64,000 nt of DNA. It comes from Eledone cirrhosa. Its lineage: Eukaryota. Below are positions 14,206 to 24,889 of this stretch, piece after piece. Made by a program: the position numbers and the translations under genes. The stretch spans positions 5,828,001 through 5,892,000 of the forward strand of contig OZ024762.1 in NCBI GenBank assembly GCA_964016885.1. The letters run 5' to 3'. Below the pieces are notes generated by a model. The model saw nothing but the letters and a program-made list of their open reading frames with translations. It was not told the origin of the DNA and ran no database searches. Numbering within the stretch: the stretch's first letter is position 1; the number at the start of each line of letters is the position of its first letter.

Positions 14206-14319
14206 TGCAATCATGCAAACAGCCTCGTTTAAGCCATGTCAGTAGAATGAGGCCCTCAATCTTACTCTTGTGTTATATATATACTGTTATACTTTGGGAG
14301 GGTCATGCTGCCAAACTTT

Positions 14320-14536
14320 TATTTTCCACTTCATGTTTTATTTTTATTTTTATCTCTTTTTTTCTCGCTAACTCATCCTTCGCTCCTTCTTGGAGTCGCC
14401 CCCCCCCCATTCTCCTGATGAAGGGCCTATGCCCGGAACGTCGCAACCACACCCGCCACTCTCACTAAGCGTGAAACTAATAACAACATTTATTCCTGCG
14501 TTTGTTTTTGTTTTTTATTTTCTGATATTCCGAACT
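14320..14536 (+). mobile_element. Penelope pseudo-LTR-like 3' end with a degenerate hammerhead motif
   Basis: CTGATGAAGGGCCTATGCCCGGAACG followed by CCACTCTCACTAAGCGTGAAACTAATAAC. Related to 14780-14900 (minus) and 50300-50460. Confidence 0.6.
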
Positions 14537-14779
14537 ATATATATATATGTATGTATATATGTATTTATGTACATATATATGTATATATGTATTTATGTAT
14601 ATATATATATATATGTATTTATGTATTTATGTACATATATATATGTATATATGTATTTATGTACATATATATAGATATATATGTATTTATGTACATATAT
14701 ATATATGTATATATGTATTTATGTACATATATATATATATATGTATATATGTATTTATGTACATATATGTGTATATATG

Positions 14780-15900
14780 TAGTTGAAAAGGACAAACAAA
14801 CAAATGCAGAAGTCAATAGTACATAGTGTTATTAGCTTCATGCTTGGTGAGAGTGGGGGAGGTTTCAACGTTTCAGGCATAAGTCCTTCATCAGGAAAGT
14901 GGAGAGGAACTCTGAGCAGGAGTGAGGAGGGTAGTAAGGAGGGAAATTAACAGGAAGAACATGTAAGTAAGGGGGGGGGGATATGAAAATAAGATAAATA
15001 AAAATAAAATTTAAAAAAAGTGAAAATGAAGGGGGGGCGGGTGGGGTGTACAGGTGCAGGATTTCAAGGGTTTGGTAGTGTGTATAGGGGAGGGGGAGAG
15101 AAAGGGTGGCGGGGGAGAGCAAGAAAATCTGAGCCCGAGCGGGGATGGCGTAAGGAAGGTAAGGTAAGGGTGTGTGGTGTGTGTGGTGTGTCTGTGGTGT
15201 TGGTGGTGCGAGGGTGTGTGTGGAAATGGGGGTAGGGAGCAGGGAAGGGATCCAAGGGGGTAGGGAGCTGCGGACGAGGAGGTTGCGGAGATTGTGTGAA
15301 CGTTTGAAGGAGGGGAGGGTGGGAGTGGGAAGACAGGTGGAGGAGTCTGACTGGAGGCACCAGAAGACCCATAGGATGGTCCGTTGGAGGGGTAGGGTGG
15401 CAGGGTCTTCGGTGAGGGGGCAAGGGCGACGGTAGGGTGAGGGAGGGAAGGTAACCTCTCCGAGTGAAATGGCGGACCAGGGAAAGAGCCTGAGTCTCGA
15501 AGTCCGCATCCAGAGAAGTTGGGAGTAGGGAATGGAGTGTTTGGTGTGAACGGGGTGGGAGGAGGTAAAGTCGGGGTAGGAGTCGGAGTCAGTAGGTTTG
15601 AAGAAAACGGAGGTGATGGTGAGTGAGGGGTCGATGGCGATGGAGATGTCCAAGAAGTGGACGAAGGTGGTGGAGATGGAGGTGGTGAAGTGGAGGGAGG
15701 GATGGATGGAGCAGAGGAATGAGAGGAGTCCAACTGTTCCCGGGTGAGAGTCATGGCACCGATACAGACGTCAAGATTACGACCATATAGTTCGGGGGAG
15801 GGACCAGTGTATTGGGCAAAGATCTGGGCCCGAACGTGGCCAACAAAAAGGTTGGCAAAGTTGGGGTCCATTATTGTGCTCATGGCTACCCCAGTGGCAT
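14780..15900 (-). mobile_element. Penelope-like element (PLE) RT fragment with its 3' pseudo-LTR
   Basis: GVAMSTIMDPNFANLFVG, FLDISI...KPTDSDSYPDFTSSHPVHTKHSIPYSQ and FKRSHNLRNLLVRS are typical PLE RT/thumb motifs. Frameshifted. Confidence 0.85.
14863..14898 (-). ncRNA. Minimal hammerhead ribozyme motif (PLE-associated)
   Basis: TTTC-CTGATGA-AGGAC TTAT GCCT-GAAA-CGTT-GAAA: conserved core boxes, stem I TTTC/GAAA, palindromic short stem III. Confidence 0.7.
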
Positions 15901-16004
15901 ATGTATATATATTTGTGGCAAAATCTACCTGTCAGAGGTTGGACTTCAATCTCACATAATATCACACAACAGAGCACTCCCTACTGACTAGACTATACAA
16001 ACTA

Positions 16005-16190
16005 GTCCACCCTTATCAATGCAACATATGTCACAAGATCTGCAATTCTCAAGTAGACCTTAAGAGACATTTCAAGGTTTATCAAGATACACAAGCAGTC
16101 CAAGCTGCACCAAAACTAATGTACAATTTATGTGGATGGTTTTTTTAAAAGTATGTCTGGTCTAAAACGTCACATAAGATCTCAAGCCAT
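16005..16190 (+). mobile_element. Degenerate tandem C2H2 zinc fingers, probably an RTE/BovB-type LINE C-terminus
   Basis: HPYQCNICHKICNSQVDLKRHFKV and LCGW..FKSMSGLKRHIRS, frame-disrupted. Similar to 51900-52130. Confidence 0.5.
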
Positions 16191-16445
16191 AACTAAGCAG
16201 ACAAACAGAGAGAGAGAGAGAGAGAGAGAGTGTGACACGTGTGTGTTTATATACACACTCACACACACGCTCACTCACTCACACAGACGCACACCCTTTT
16301 ATTGTAGTCCCTATTTTCAGCAACATGTATTTTTGAATTTTCATGTTTAATATATTTTTGGGGACTCTGATGAGGAGTCCATATCAAACTTTTCTTTTTA
16401 ATCACTTACCATTATCGATTTTATAATTGCTAATTATCATCTATA

Positions 16446-16785
16446 GGAGGCACATGGCTTAGTGATTAGAGCATTGGGCTTGCAATCGAAAGGTTGTGAG
16501 TTCAATTCTCAGACCGGGTGATGTGTTGTTTCCTTAAGCAAGACACTTTATTTCACATTGCTCCAGTTTACTCAGCTGTAGAAATGAGATGATAGGGACT
16601 GGGGTCCCTATCATTCCACTGCAAAGTGGCCGTGAAGGTGCCACGGCAAAAAAGCACCCAGCACTCACTGTAAATGAGGTTGGTGTTAGGAAGGGCATCC
16701 AGCTGTAGAAATCAAGCCAGAATCAGTTCCCGTCCCACCCTTGCAAGCAGGGAAAAGTGGATGTAAAATGATGATGATGATGATG

Positions 16786-16786
<1 letters not shown>
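16446..16786 (+). mobile_element. CORE-SINE family A, full length
   Basis: A/B boxes, core, hairpin and RTE-type tail. Confidence 0.9.
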
Positions 16787-16816
<30 letters not shown>

Positions 16817-17132
16817 TGTATGTGTATATATATATATATATTTAAAAAAAAGGAAAAGAATGACTTCACTTGCAGTGTTAACAAATTTTTGATTTAATTT
16901 TATAATATAATATTATGAGTTTGTGGATCTAGTAAGTTCTTTGTTAACTTCGGTGGGAAGAATTTTAAAGATACCTGTTTAACTTGGGTTGGAGAACTTT
17001 CTCGCATTCGTCTGTGGCGATTGTCAAACTAAAATCAGGTTGTGTTGAGATGTGTGACTATATGTAAGAGAGATTTGGATGTGTGTGGGTGTGGTGTTAA
17101 TGAGTGTTGATGATGATGAAGATTTGGAGGAA

Positions 17133-17318
17133 TTAAAGCACACACACACAACATATACACTCAGAAAATGGTGAGGTTGCAAGATAAGGGTGTTTGAGAA
17201 GGTGGTTGTAAACATACTCTCCTGCTGGTTTTATTTCATTAGCTGACCTTTGATGAGTATATAATGACATAGCTGAATCAACTTTCTTAAATTTATAAAG
17301 AATATCTTCTACAAATTT
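17133..17318 (-). CDS. Candidate terminal coding exon of an unidentified minus-strand gene
   Basis: Acceptor CACGTAG, phase 0, open 61 codons KFVEDILYKFKKVDSAMSLYTHQRSANEIKPAGEYVYNHLLKHPYLATSPFSECICCVCVL then TAA. Unique sequence, followed by a plausible 3' UTR with ATTAAA near 16893-16898 and a T-rich tract. Confidence 0.55.
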   Translation of the reverse strand, partial: KFVEDILYKFKKVDSAMSLYTHQRSANEIKPAGEYVYNHLLKHPYLATSPFSECICCVCVL

Positions 17319-17379
17319 CTACGTGTATATATATGAATATGCAGGTCTTGGGTACACAAGACATCCGTTGCAGTGGATG

Positions 17380-17921
17380 CGGTGCGGTGCGGTGTGTAGC
17401 ATAGCATAGTGTAGTGTAGTGTAGTGAGGTATAGTGAGGTGTAGTGTAGTGAGGTGTAGTGTAGCGTGGTATAGTGAGGTATAGTGTAGTGTAGTGTAGT
17501 GAGGTATAGTGTAGTGTAGTGTAGTGAGGTATAGTGTAGTGTAGTGTAGTGAGGTGTAGTGTAGTGAGGTGTAGTGTAGTGTAGTGTAGTGTGGTGTAGT
17601 GTGGTGTAGTGTGGTGTAGTGTAGTGAGGTATAGTGAGGTGTAGTGTGGTGTAGTGTAGTGTGGTGTGGTGTGGTGAGGTGTGGTGTAGTGTAGTGTAGT
17701 GTAGTAAGGTATAGTGAGGTGTAGTGTAGTGAGGTGTAGTGTAGTGTAGTGAGGTGTAGTGTAGCGTGGTGTAGTGTAGCGTGGTGTAGTGTAGCGTGGT
17801 GTAGTGAGGTGTGGTGTAGTGAGGTGTAGTGTAGTGTAGTGTAGTGTAGTGTAGTGTAGTGTAGTGTAGTGTAGTGTAGTGTAGTGTAGTGTAGTGAGGT
17901 GTAGTGAGGTGTAGTGTGGTG
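17380..17921. repeat. (GTAGT)n pentanucleotide microsatellite
   Basis: Visible tandem repeat. Confidence 0.95.
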
Positions 17922-18597
17922 TCATTACCATATTTCCAGTGGGGAACCTAAAGGAATGGCTCTGGTTATATAAATATGTAACTAGATTGATATTTTATTG
18001 TTGCAGGAATGTTAACACACACACAGAACTACACACACACACACAGAACTACACACACACACACAGAACTACACACACACACACTTCCACCTACAGATAA
18101 CCGCAGACACATACGTAACTACAGAAACACACAGTTAATCACACACATACATAACCAGACATACACATAACATAATCCTTACACCACACATACATACATT
18201 ATACAAACAACACACACACACATACAACCAAACACACACCATACACACATATATATAAAAATCTATGGTGCGTTCTAGTTTACCATGCCCTGCCTACGTA
18301 AGACACACATATATATAGCTATACACACAAACATTTTCATGCACTCATATGTACACACGCTCATTCATATATCCATAAAACCTCTATATATAAACATACA
18401 GATCTGCTCATACATCTATCTGTGATAGATGGCCACTACAGTGCAGTACAACCAGCCATTCACATACCCTCATTTGAAAAATACAACTAATCCTACCACC
18501 ACATACATCAATAAAACCCCACACCAAAGAGAAAAATATAATTTCTGGTTTGATCCAATATATGACATTGATAATATAATCTCTATAGTTATTTCCT

Positions 18598-18848
18598 TAA
18601 CCCTTTCATTACCATATTTCTAATGAGAGACACTGTCTATGTCATTAACCCTTTCATTACCATATTTCTAATGAAAGACACTGCCTATGTTTAACCCTTT
18701 CATTACCATATTTCTAATGAGAGACACTGTCTATGTCATTAACCCTTTCATTACCATATTTCTAATGAAAGACACTGCCTATGTTTAACCCTTTCATTAC
18801 CATATTTCTAATGAAAGACACTGTCTATGTCATTAACCCTTTCATTAC
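18598..18848. repeat. Minisatellite with alternating 48/46-bp units
   Basis: TAACCCTTTCATTAC starts at 18598, 18646, 18692, 18740, 18786 and 18834. Confidence 0.9.
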
Positions 18849-18854
18849 AACTGC

Positions 18855-19270
18855 CACAATAAAACATATCTACTAAATTCTGTAAAGTGGTAGTGTTGGT
18901 GCAACAACAAAATATACTCAGTGAACTCTGCAAAGTAGTAGGGCTCCTGCCTCGATAAAATGCACCCAGCGCATTCTAAGTGCTTGTAAAGCTGGTGCTA
19001 CAATAAAATACACCCAATACACTCTGTAAAGTGGTAGAGTTGGTATCACAATAAAATACACCCAATACACTCTGTAAAGTGGTAGAGCTGGTATCACAAT
19101 AAAATACACCCAATACAATCTGTAAAGTGGTAGAGCTGGTATCACAATAAAATACACCCAATACACTCTGTAAGCTGGTAGTGCCAGAGTCATGATAGGA
19201 TGCTCTAAGTACACACTATAAAGTGGTTAATATTAAGGAGGGCATCCAGCCATAAAAACCAAGCCAAAGT
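18855..19270 (+). repeat. 48-bp minisatellite derived from a SINE tail segment
   Basis: Unit CAATAAAATACACCCAATACACTCTGTAAAGTGGTAGAGCTGGTATCA. The array runs into the SINE tail motif AAGGAGGGCATCCAGCC. Confidence 0.75.
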
Positions 19271-19371
19271 GGAGCTTATGAACAAGATGTGGTCACCTAA
19301 CTAGCATGACAACATGTCTAAATCATACAAGCATGTAAAATAAGACAACTAGTGTCCAATTTAGAAATGAC

Positions 19372-19550
19372 ATATGAGGGTGAGCTGAAAAGTTCATAGG
19401 CTGACTATGAAGGAGTGATGCTAGAGCTGTGAAATCGTGTATGTATTAATTTCAACTCTTATTAATAACTGCAGAGACTATGTTGAAAAATAAAGCTTAT
19501 TTGGTCATTCCAGCAGACAATCTATCCTTGTACATTTATGTCTGGTCATT
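19372..19550 (+). mobile_element. Tc1/mariner-type MITE fragment
   Basis: GAGGGTGAGCTGAAAAGTTCATAGGCTGAC terminus. Same family as 28185-28365. Confidence 0.6.
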
Positions 19551-19574
19551 ATTTGAATTGATTGAATCGAGTTT

Positions 19575-19760
19575 AGGGTGGTTGATTGGCAATATTGGTA
19601 GAGGGTCGGACGCCATGCTTTGCAGCATAGAGTTACGGCCCTTTATGGTCCGAATTCAAAATAACGCTGAGGTTAACTTTGCCTTTCATCCTTACGGAGT
19701 TGATAAAATAAAGTACCAGTAATACACTGAAACACTTGCTGGCCTTGTGCCAAGTTCAAG
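19575..19760 (+). mobile_element. SINE family B
   Basis: Head and central domain as at 2248. Confidence 0.75.
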
Positions 19761-19879
19761 ACTAAGATACGAAACAATCAAAGAAGCTGACATGATAAAC
19801 AGTATCAAGGTTAGTCTGGTCAATGGTAAACAGCAACCTACACTGTTGACAAACCCAAATTTTTCCTGGGACAAACCCA

Positions 19880-20490
19880 AATTGCAGTGTTTGCACGTGT
19901 TAACCACCTTGCATGATGGATTTTACCAGGTGATCTTGCTGTTAACTGCTCAGAAACAAACCCTGTCTCAATACTGAGGCACATTTCATACAGATATTTT
20001 TGATCTGAGCTTAAAGTATCAACAACTTCTAATGGCAATACCTACACTTTAGTTTTTACTGGATAAAATATGATTATCTTTAAGTTTGTTACATCTTTAA
20101 TTTTATTGCCAATTAAGCCTTTTGATGTTCGTGGTCCTGTTGTTTTTCCATCTATGAATTCAAATACGTCTCGAAATGGAAAATCCATTTAACAAATATT
20201 GTAAAGTTGTAATTTTACCATGTTGGAGGGGTACCTACCTACCAATTGTCTTATATCTCAATGTTTTTGCTATTTTTACTCATCAGATGTTTTAAACAAG
20301 GTTTCTACAGTGAAATATGATCATATTTTTCATATCCATAAGCAATAGAAAATTAGGGTATTTAATTATGGGGAGGGGGGAGGGCACATAATCCTAATTT
20401 TCATATATTTTATTTAACATACTATTTGAAACTGTGCATACCGTGGAATTAAGGTTCCTTAAAAATGGCTGTTTCAACCCCCCCCCTAAT
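19880..20490 (-). mobile_element. Decayed DNA transposase-like fragment
   Basis: LSSDQKYLYEMC...PGKIHHARWLTRAN resembles a motif recurrent in invertebrate transposase-derived ORFs. Superfamily not assigned. Confidence 0.5.
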
Positions 20491-20508
20491 ATATATATGT
20501 ATATATAT

Positions 20509-20666
20509 AGGAAAATGTACAACTGACGGCAGAGCTCAAGCCGTTTCGATGGCTATTTCTGGACAGTCCAGAAATAGCCGTCGAAATGGCTTGAGCTCTG
20601 CCGTCAGGGTCATACATCTTCCTATTACCCACTCTACTACCCTAAGTTATATATATAACTCCTTCG

Positions 20667-20670
<4 letters not shown>
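20509..20670. mobile_element. Fold-back hairpin element, family D (diverged copy)
   Basis: GACGGCAGAGCTCAAGCCGTTTCGATGGCTATTTCTGGAC-A-GTCCAGAAATAGCCGTCGAAATGGCTTGAGCTCTGCCGTC, flanked by (TA)n. Confidence 0.8.
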
Positions 20671-20703
<33 letters not shown>

Positions 20704-21061
20704 ATCAGATTGTTTCCGAAGGAGACGGTTTGATTGAACTCATATATAACTGGTATAGATCAGTCAATATGTCAATAAAATCCAATAAAATCCACACTCC
20801 AAAATGATCATAAAACAATGATATGAATTGGTAAAATAACTTGACTTTGTTACTATTTTCATTGTTAAATTAACATCTAATATCTCATACATATATATAA
20901 ATGGATGTCAAATCATGACGAAAATAATGAATTTCCCGCCCACTCACTTTAAACACACATTTACATATATATATATATATATATACACAACTACAGCAGT
21001 AACAACAACACTGCCACCATTAACACAACCACCACAACCACTCCCACCTACAACAACTGAC

Positions 21062-21224
21062 CGAGATCATGTGCTCTATATATTTGTCCATCCTACGCAT
21101 ACAGGACCAGGTTTCCATGGCAACAAAGTGTTGTCCTTGAAAAAAACCAATTGCTTGTCCTTTCCTGGTCAGTCAGTTGGTCAAACATCTGGGTATTCCA
21201 CCTACGATGTGTTCTGTGATTGGA
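21062..21224 (-). CDS. Candidate coding exon with a 1-nt frame disruption
   Basis: Acceptor CTCTACAG, donor GTCAGT, 163 nt. Reads SNHRTHRRWNTQMFDQLTDQERTSNWFF/QGQHFVAMETWSCMRRMDKYIEHMIS if the A7 run at 21140-21146 were A6. Confidence 0.5.
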
Positions 21225-21234
21225 CTGTAGAGCC

Positions 21235-22244
21235 AATACACCATTGCACCATCACCCCCACCCTACCACCACCACCATTGCACCATCATCTACCCCCCCC
21301 CCCCCATTGCATCATCATAACCACCACAATACCTCCACTGCATCAACATCACCACCACCCCTCCCCCACCACTGCATCAACATCACCACCCCTTCCCCCA
21401 CCACTGCATCAACATCATCCACCCCACCATTGTATCAACATCACCAACAAAACCTCCATTTCCACTAACAACACCATCTCCACTAATACCACAACTAACA
21501 ACACTACCACTACCAACAACAACACCACCACCACCAATACCCCCTCTACCAACATCAGCACCAACAACAACACTACCACCACTGCCACCAACACTACCAC
21601 CACTGTCACCAACACTACCACCACTGTCACCAACACTACCACCAACAACACCACAACTACCAATACCACTACCAACAACACCATCAACACTACCATCACC
21701 AACACTACACCACCACCAACAACACCACTACTACCACCACCAACACCATCAACACTACCATCACCACCAACATCACCACCACCCACACCAACACTACTAC
21801 CATCACCATCAACACGACCACCACCAGCACTACCACCACCTCCAACACTACCATCACCATCAACACTACCACCACCAACATCACCACGACCAACACTACC
21901 ACCACCAACACCACCACCACCAACACTACCACCACCAACATCACCACCACCCACACCAACACTACCACCACGACCACCACCACCCACAACAACACCACCA
22001 ACACTACCACCACCAACACTACCACCACCAACACCACCACGACCACCACCACCATCACCACCCACAACAACACCACCACAACCACCACCACCACCCACAA
22101 CAACACCACCAACACTACCACCACCAACACGATCACCACCACCACAACAACACCAACACTACCACCACGACCACCACCACCAACACCACCACGACGACCA
22201 CCACCACCACCACCCACAACAACACCACCACCACTACCACCAAC
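21235..22244. repeat. (CAC/CAA)n-rich low-complexity intron
   Basis: Visible trinucleotide-based repeat. Confidence 0.9.
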
Positions 22245-23201
22245 ACTAATGATGTCAAAAGTGACTGATCTGACAGAATCCAGGAGTGTCCTCTGAGAGT
22301 GGTATGGTGGTGGTGTTGGTGTGTGTGTGTGGGGGGGGGGGGTATTCTTGGTGGTGGTGGTGGTGGTAGCGTTGGTGGTATTGTTGTTGGTGTGGTGGTA
22401 GTGCTGTTGGTGGTGGTGGTGGTGGTGGTAGTGCTGTTGGTGGTGGTGGTAGTGCTGTTGTTGTTGGTGGTATTGCTGTTGGTGGTGGTGGTAGTGTTGG
22501 TGGTGGTGGTGGTAGTGTTGGTGGTATTGTTGTTGGTGTGGTGGTAGTGCTGTTGGTGGTGGTGGTGGTGGTAGTGCTGTTGGTGGTGGTGGTAGTGCTG
22601 TTGTTGTTGGTGGTATTGTTGGTGGTGGTGGTAGTGTTGGTGGTATTGTTGTTGATGGTGGTGGTGGTGGTAGTAGTGGTGGTGGTAGTGGTGGTGGTAG
22701 TGTTGGTGGTGGTGTTGGTGGTGGTGTTGGTGGTGGTGTTGGTGGTGGTGTTGGTGGTGGTGTTGGTGGTGGTGTTGGTGGTGGTGTTGGTGGTGGTGTT
22801 GGTGGTGGTGTTGGTGGTGGTGTTGGTGGTGGTGGTGGTGGTGGTGTTGGTGGTGGTGTTGGTGTTGGTGGTAGTGTTGGTGGTGGTGGTGGTGGTGGTG
22901 TTGGTGGTGGTGTTGGTGTTGGTGGTAGTGTTGGTGGTAGTGTTGTTGGTGGTGGTAGTGGTGGTGGTAGTGGTGGTGGTAGTGGTGGTAGTGGTGGTGG
23001 TAGTGTTGGTGGTAGTGTTGGTGGTGGTGTTGGTGGTGGTGGTGTTGGTGGTGGTGGTGGTAGTGGTGGTGATATTGTTGGTGGTGGTGGTAGTGTTGTT
23101 GGTGGTAGTGTTGGTGGTGGTGGTAGTGGTGGTGGTGGTGGTAGTGGTGGTGGTATTGTTGGTGGTGGTGGTGTTGTTGTTGATGTAATGTCCATGCCTT
23201 T
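22245..23201 (-). CDS. Candidate 957-nt exon encoding a Pro/Thr/His-rich low-complexity tract
   Basis: Strong acceptor TTTTCACTTCTGTCTTTCAG. Unique ends KGMDITS and PPPYHSQRTLLDSVRSVTFDIIS lie in one open frame. Donor GTTGGT, phase 0/0. Confidence 0.5.
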
Positions 23202-23604
23202 CTGAAAGACAGAAGTGAAAATAGTACACATACAGTCTTATTACACATATACACACTTTCACAACGGGCATACACATATACCTACACACAATCATACACT
23301 TTTAAATACACAAGCCTTCAAACACAAACACACACCCATGCCTTCATATATCCACAAGCCTTCACACACACATGCCTTCATATATACACATGCCTTCAAA
23401 CACAAACACACACACATGCCTTCATATATACACATGCCTTCACACACAAACACACACAAGCCTTCACACACAAATACACACACAAGCTTTCACACACACA
23501 TGCCTTCACACACACATGCCTTCATATATACACAAGACTTCACACACAAATACACACACACAAGCTTTCACACACACATGCCTTCACACACATATATGCA
23601 TATA

Positions 23605-24376
23605 CAAGAAGGAACTGGCATAAATTCTATAAAATGTACACAATGCAGATCTTGGGTACACAAGAGATGTAGTGGGATATCAGGCAAACTAACAGGTAGG
23701 GAAAACTTCGTATGCAGTAGATGTACAGGGAAATTTGACAGTAGAAGTCGCAGTGATAGACACATTTTTCAAATGCAGGTGGGTTCTATAGAAATGGTTG
23801 ATAGCTTCCGGTACCTAGGTGATCAGAGTATCTAGAATAAGGACGGGTTGGAAGAAGTTTAGGGAGCTGCTTCCTCTGTTGACAAAGAAGGGTTTCTCCC
23901 TGCGTACGAAAGGCTGGTTATATGATGTCTGTGTGAGGAGCGCGATGCTGCATGGTAGTGAGACATGGGCAGCAACTGCGGAGGATATGCGATGGGTGGA
24001 GAGAAATGAGGCAAACATGCTCTGTTGGATGTGCAATGTCAATGTACGTGAACGACCCAGCATGGATGTGTTGAGAGGGATAGAATGTAGTGTGCGAGAG
24101 AGGAGACTGGGGTGGTATGGACATGTGATGCGCATGGAGGATGACTGATGGGTGAAGAAGTGCCAGGAAATGCCAGTTGAAAGAAGACATGGTAGAGGTA
24201 GACCACGAAAAACATAGCGGAGGTGGTGAGAACAGACCTCAGATCGCTGAAGCTCACGGTGGAGATGACGAAGGACCGTGACAAGTGGAGAGATGCTGTG
24301 GTGAATAAGACCCGTCCCACCCTTGCAAGCAGGGAAAAGTGGACGTAAAAATGATGATGATGATAATGATGATGAT
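23605..24376 (+). mobile_element. RTE-clade LINE 3' fragment including the 3' UTR and (GAT)n tail
   Basis: CTQCRSWVHKRC, GWKKFRELLPLL, MLHGSETW, WYGHVMRMEDD, ending CCCACCCTTGCAAGCAGGGAAAAGTGGACGTAAAAATGATGATG. Confidence 0.9.
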
Positions 24377-24551
24377 TTTATGTCTAAAATCTCTGGACAA
24401 ACATTAACAATAGTATTCAAATATTAAGAAAGTGTTAAAATTTCTGGAAGCCTAAAGGTGTAATTAAAATTTATCAGTGATAAAGACTGTAATATAATGT
24501 TCAGTAACTATAGATATTTTACAAATTACCATTGATACACATATACTCTTT

Positions 24552-24872
24552 CTATTACCTGGGTGACAAAATCAACAGTGGGGGAGAGTGTTCTGAAAGT
24601 ACAATAGGCAGTGTAAGAACGGGATGGAAAAAGTTCAGAGAGCTTATACTGATGTTGGGCACAAACGGTTTCTCCCTAAAAACGAAGGGCAGATTGTATG
24701 ATGCTTGTATATGAACAACAATGTTACATGGTAGTGAGACCTGGGCATTGTGTGCAAAGGATCTGCACAGATTGAAAAGAAATGAATCATGCATGCTCCG
24801 ATGGGTGTGTAATAGTAATATATACAAACAGCAAAGCGTAAATGAACTAAGTGATGGTCATGTGATGTGTAT
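24552..24872 (+). mobile_element. RTE-clade LINE fragment
   Basis: YYLGDKINSGG...GWKKFREL...MLHGSETWALC. Confidence 0.85.
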
Positions 24873-24889
24873 GATCGAGGGCCCTGTCA

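Noticed and set aside
17133-17150. CaaX prenylation motif at the C-terminus of the cryptic gene
   Set aside because: The last four residues are VCVL, with no Cys at -4. The TG dinucleotide run makes the exact end uncertain.
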